A DNA stretch of 23,231 nt. Source: Breznakia sp. PF5-3. Its GTDB lineage: Bacteria > Bacillota_I > Bacilli_A > Erysipelotrichales > Erysipelotrichaceae. Both the position numbers and the translations under genes were made by a program. Positions 23,090 through 23,231 of this stretch are shown here, in pieces (within the stretch, counting starts at the first letter, position 1; every line of letters starts with the position of its first letter). Under the pieces are notes generated by a model. That model worked only from the letters and a program-made list of their open reading frames with translations, had not been told where the DNA came from and made no database searches. The stretch is taken from contig NZ_JAQFIQ010000036.1 of the NCBI RefSeq assembly GCF_029504745.1, positions 1-23,231 of the forward strand, read 5' to 3'.

Positions 23090-23130
23090 TGTATGAAAAG
23101 CCTTTTTTCTGCGGTTTGAGTTTTCTTTTT
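23080..23130 (+). terminator. Leader terminator (attenuator) overlapping the RAT
   Basis: AGACTCAAAC (23080-23089) pairs with GTTTGAGTTT (23114-23123), and inner pairing extends the stem. Followed by TTCTTTTT. Located between the promoter at 22980-23009 and the AAAGGAG at 23136-23142. Confidence 0.65.
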
Positions 23131-23231
23131 GTAAGAAAGGAGCTAACTATAAGGAAGTCAAGCAATATTGACCAACTTTAAAAAGTTTTTAAAGATCTTT
23201 GAAAAGTGAATAAGTGTACACTGAAAATAAC

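Noticed and set aside
23168-23209. Possible start of the RAT-regulated gene (TTG at 23168, 13 codons, then TGA)
   Set aside because: It is too short and ends in a stop. No ATG/GTG/TTG lies at proper spacing after the AAAGGAG at 23136-23142. The real downstream gene probably begins beyond the window.
1-23231. Mobile-element boundaries or a genomic-island signature around the pilus/cohesin block
   Set aside because: I recognised no transposase, integrase, tRNA attachment site or flanking direct or inverted repeats. Composition looks uniformly AT-rich by eye, so no horizontal-transfer claim is made.

Overview
AT-rich window in which every supported gene is on the plus strand. It looks like a low-GC Gram-positive (Bacillota-type) anaerobe. 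I saw no rRNA, tRNA, CRISPR array, transposase or integrase. There are four blocks. (1) 418-6614 is a sortase-dependent pilus operon in the same gene order as streptococcal FCT loci: large adhesin, SipA-like signal-peptidase homologue lacking the Ser/Lys dyad, backbone pilin, class B sortase, small basal pilin. The adhesin and backbone pilin carry unusual IP[D/P]MG sorting motifs. (2) 7052-8365 is an ECF sigma factor fused in one polypeptide to a transmembrane helix and an extracellular Ig-like domain. (3) 8567-18550 is a six-gene operon with three paralogous cohesin-like modules and two type-I dockerins, carried on adhesin-like and Ig-repeat proteins, with no recognisable carbohydrate-active enzyme. 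I consider this cellulosome-style, apparently non-enzymatic surface assembly system the most novel element. Blocks 1 and 3 are each preceded by the same 13-nt ECF-type -35 block plus a CGTC -10, which suggests one regulon under the fused sigma factor. (4) 18938-22963 encodes a glycyl-radical enzyme, its radical-SAM activase and an FSA/TalC-type aldolase, in the same order as E. coli ybiW-ybiY-fsaA. It is followed at 22980-23130 by a promoter and a RAT/terminator element of the BglG/LicT antiterminator type. All domain calls come from reading motifs in the translations by eye. No database search was run.
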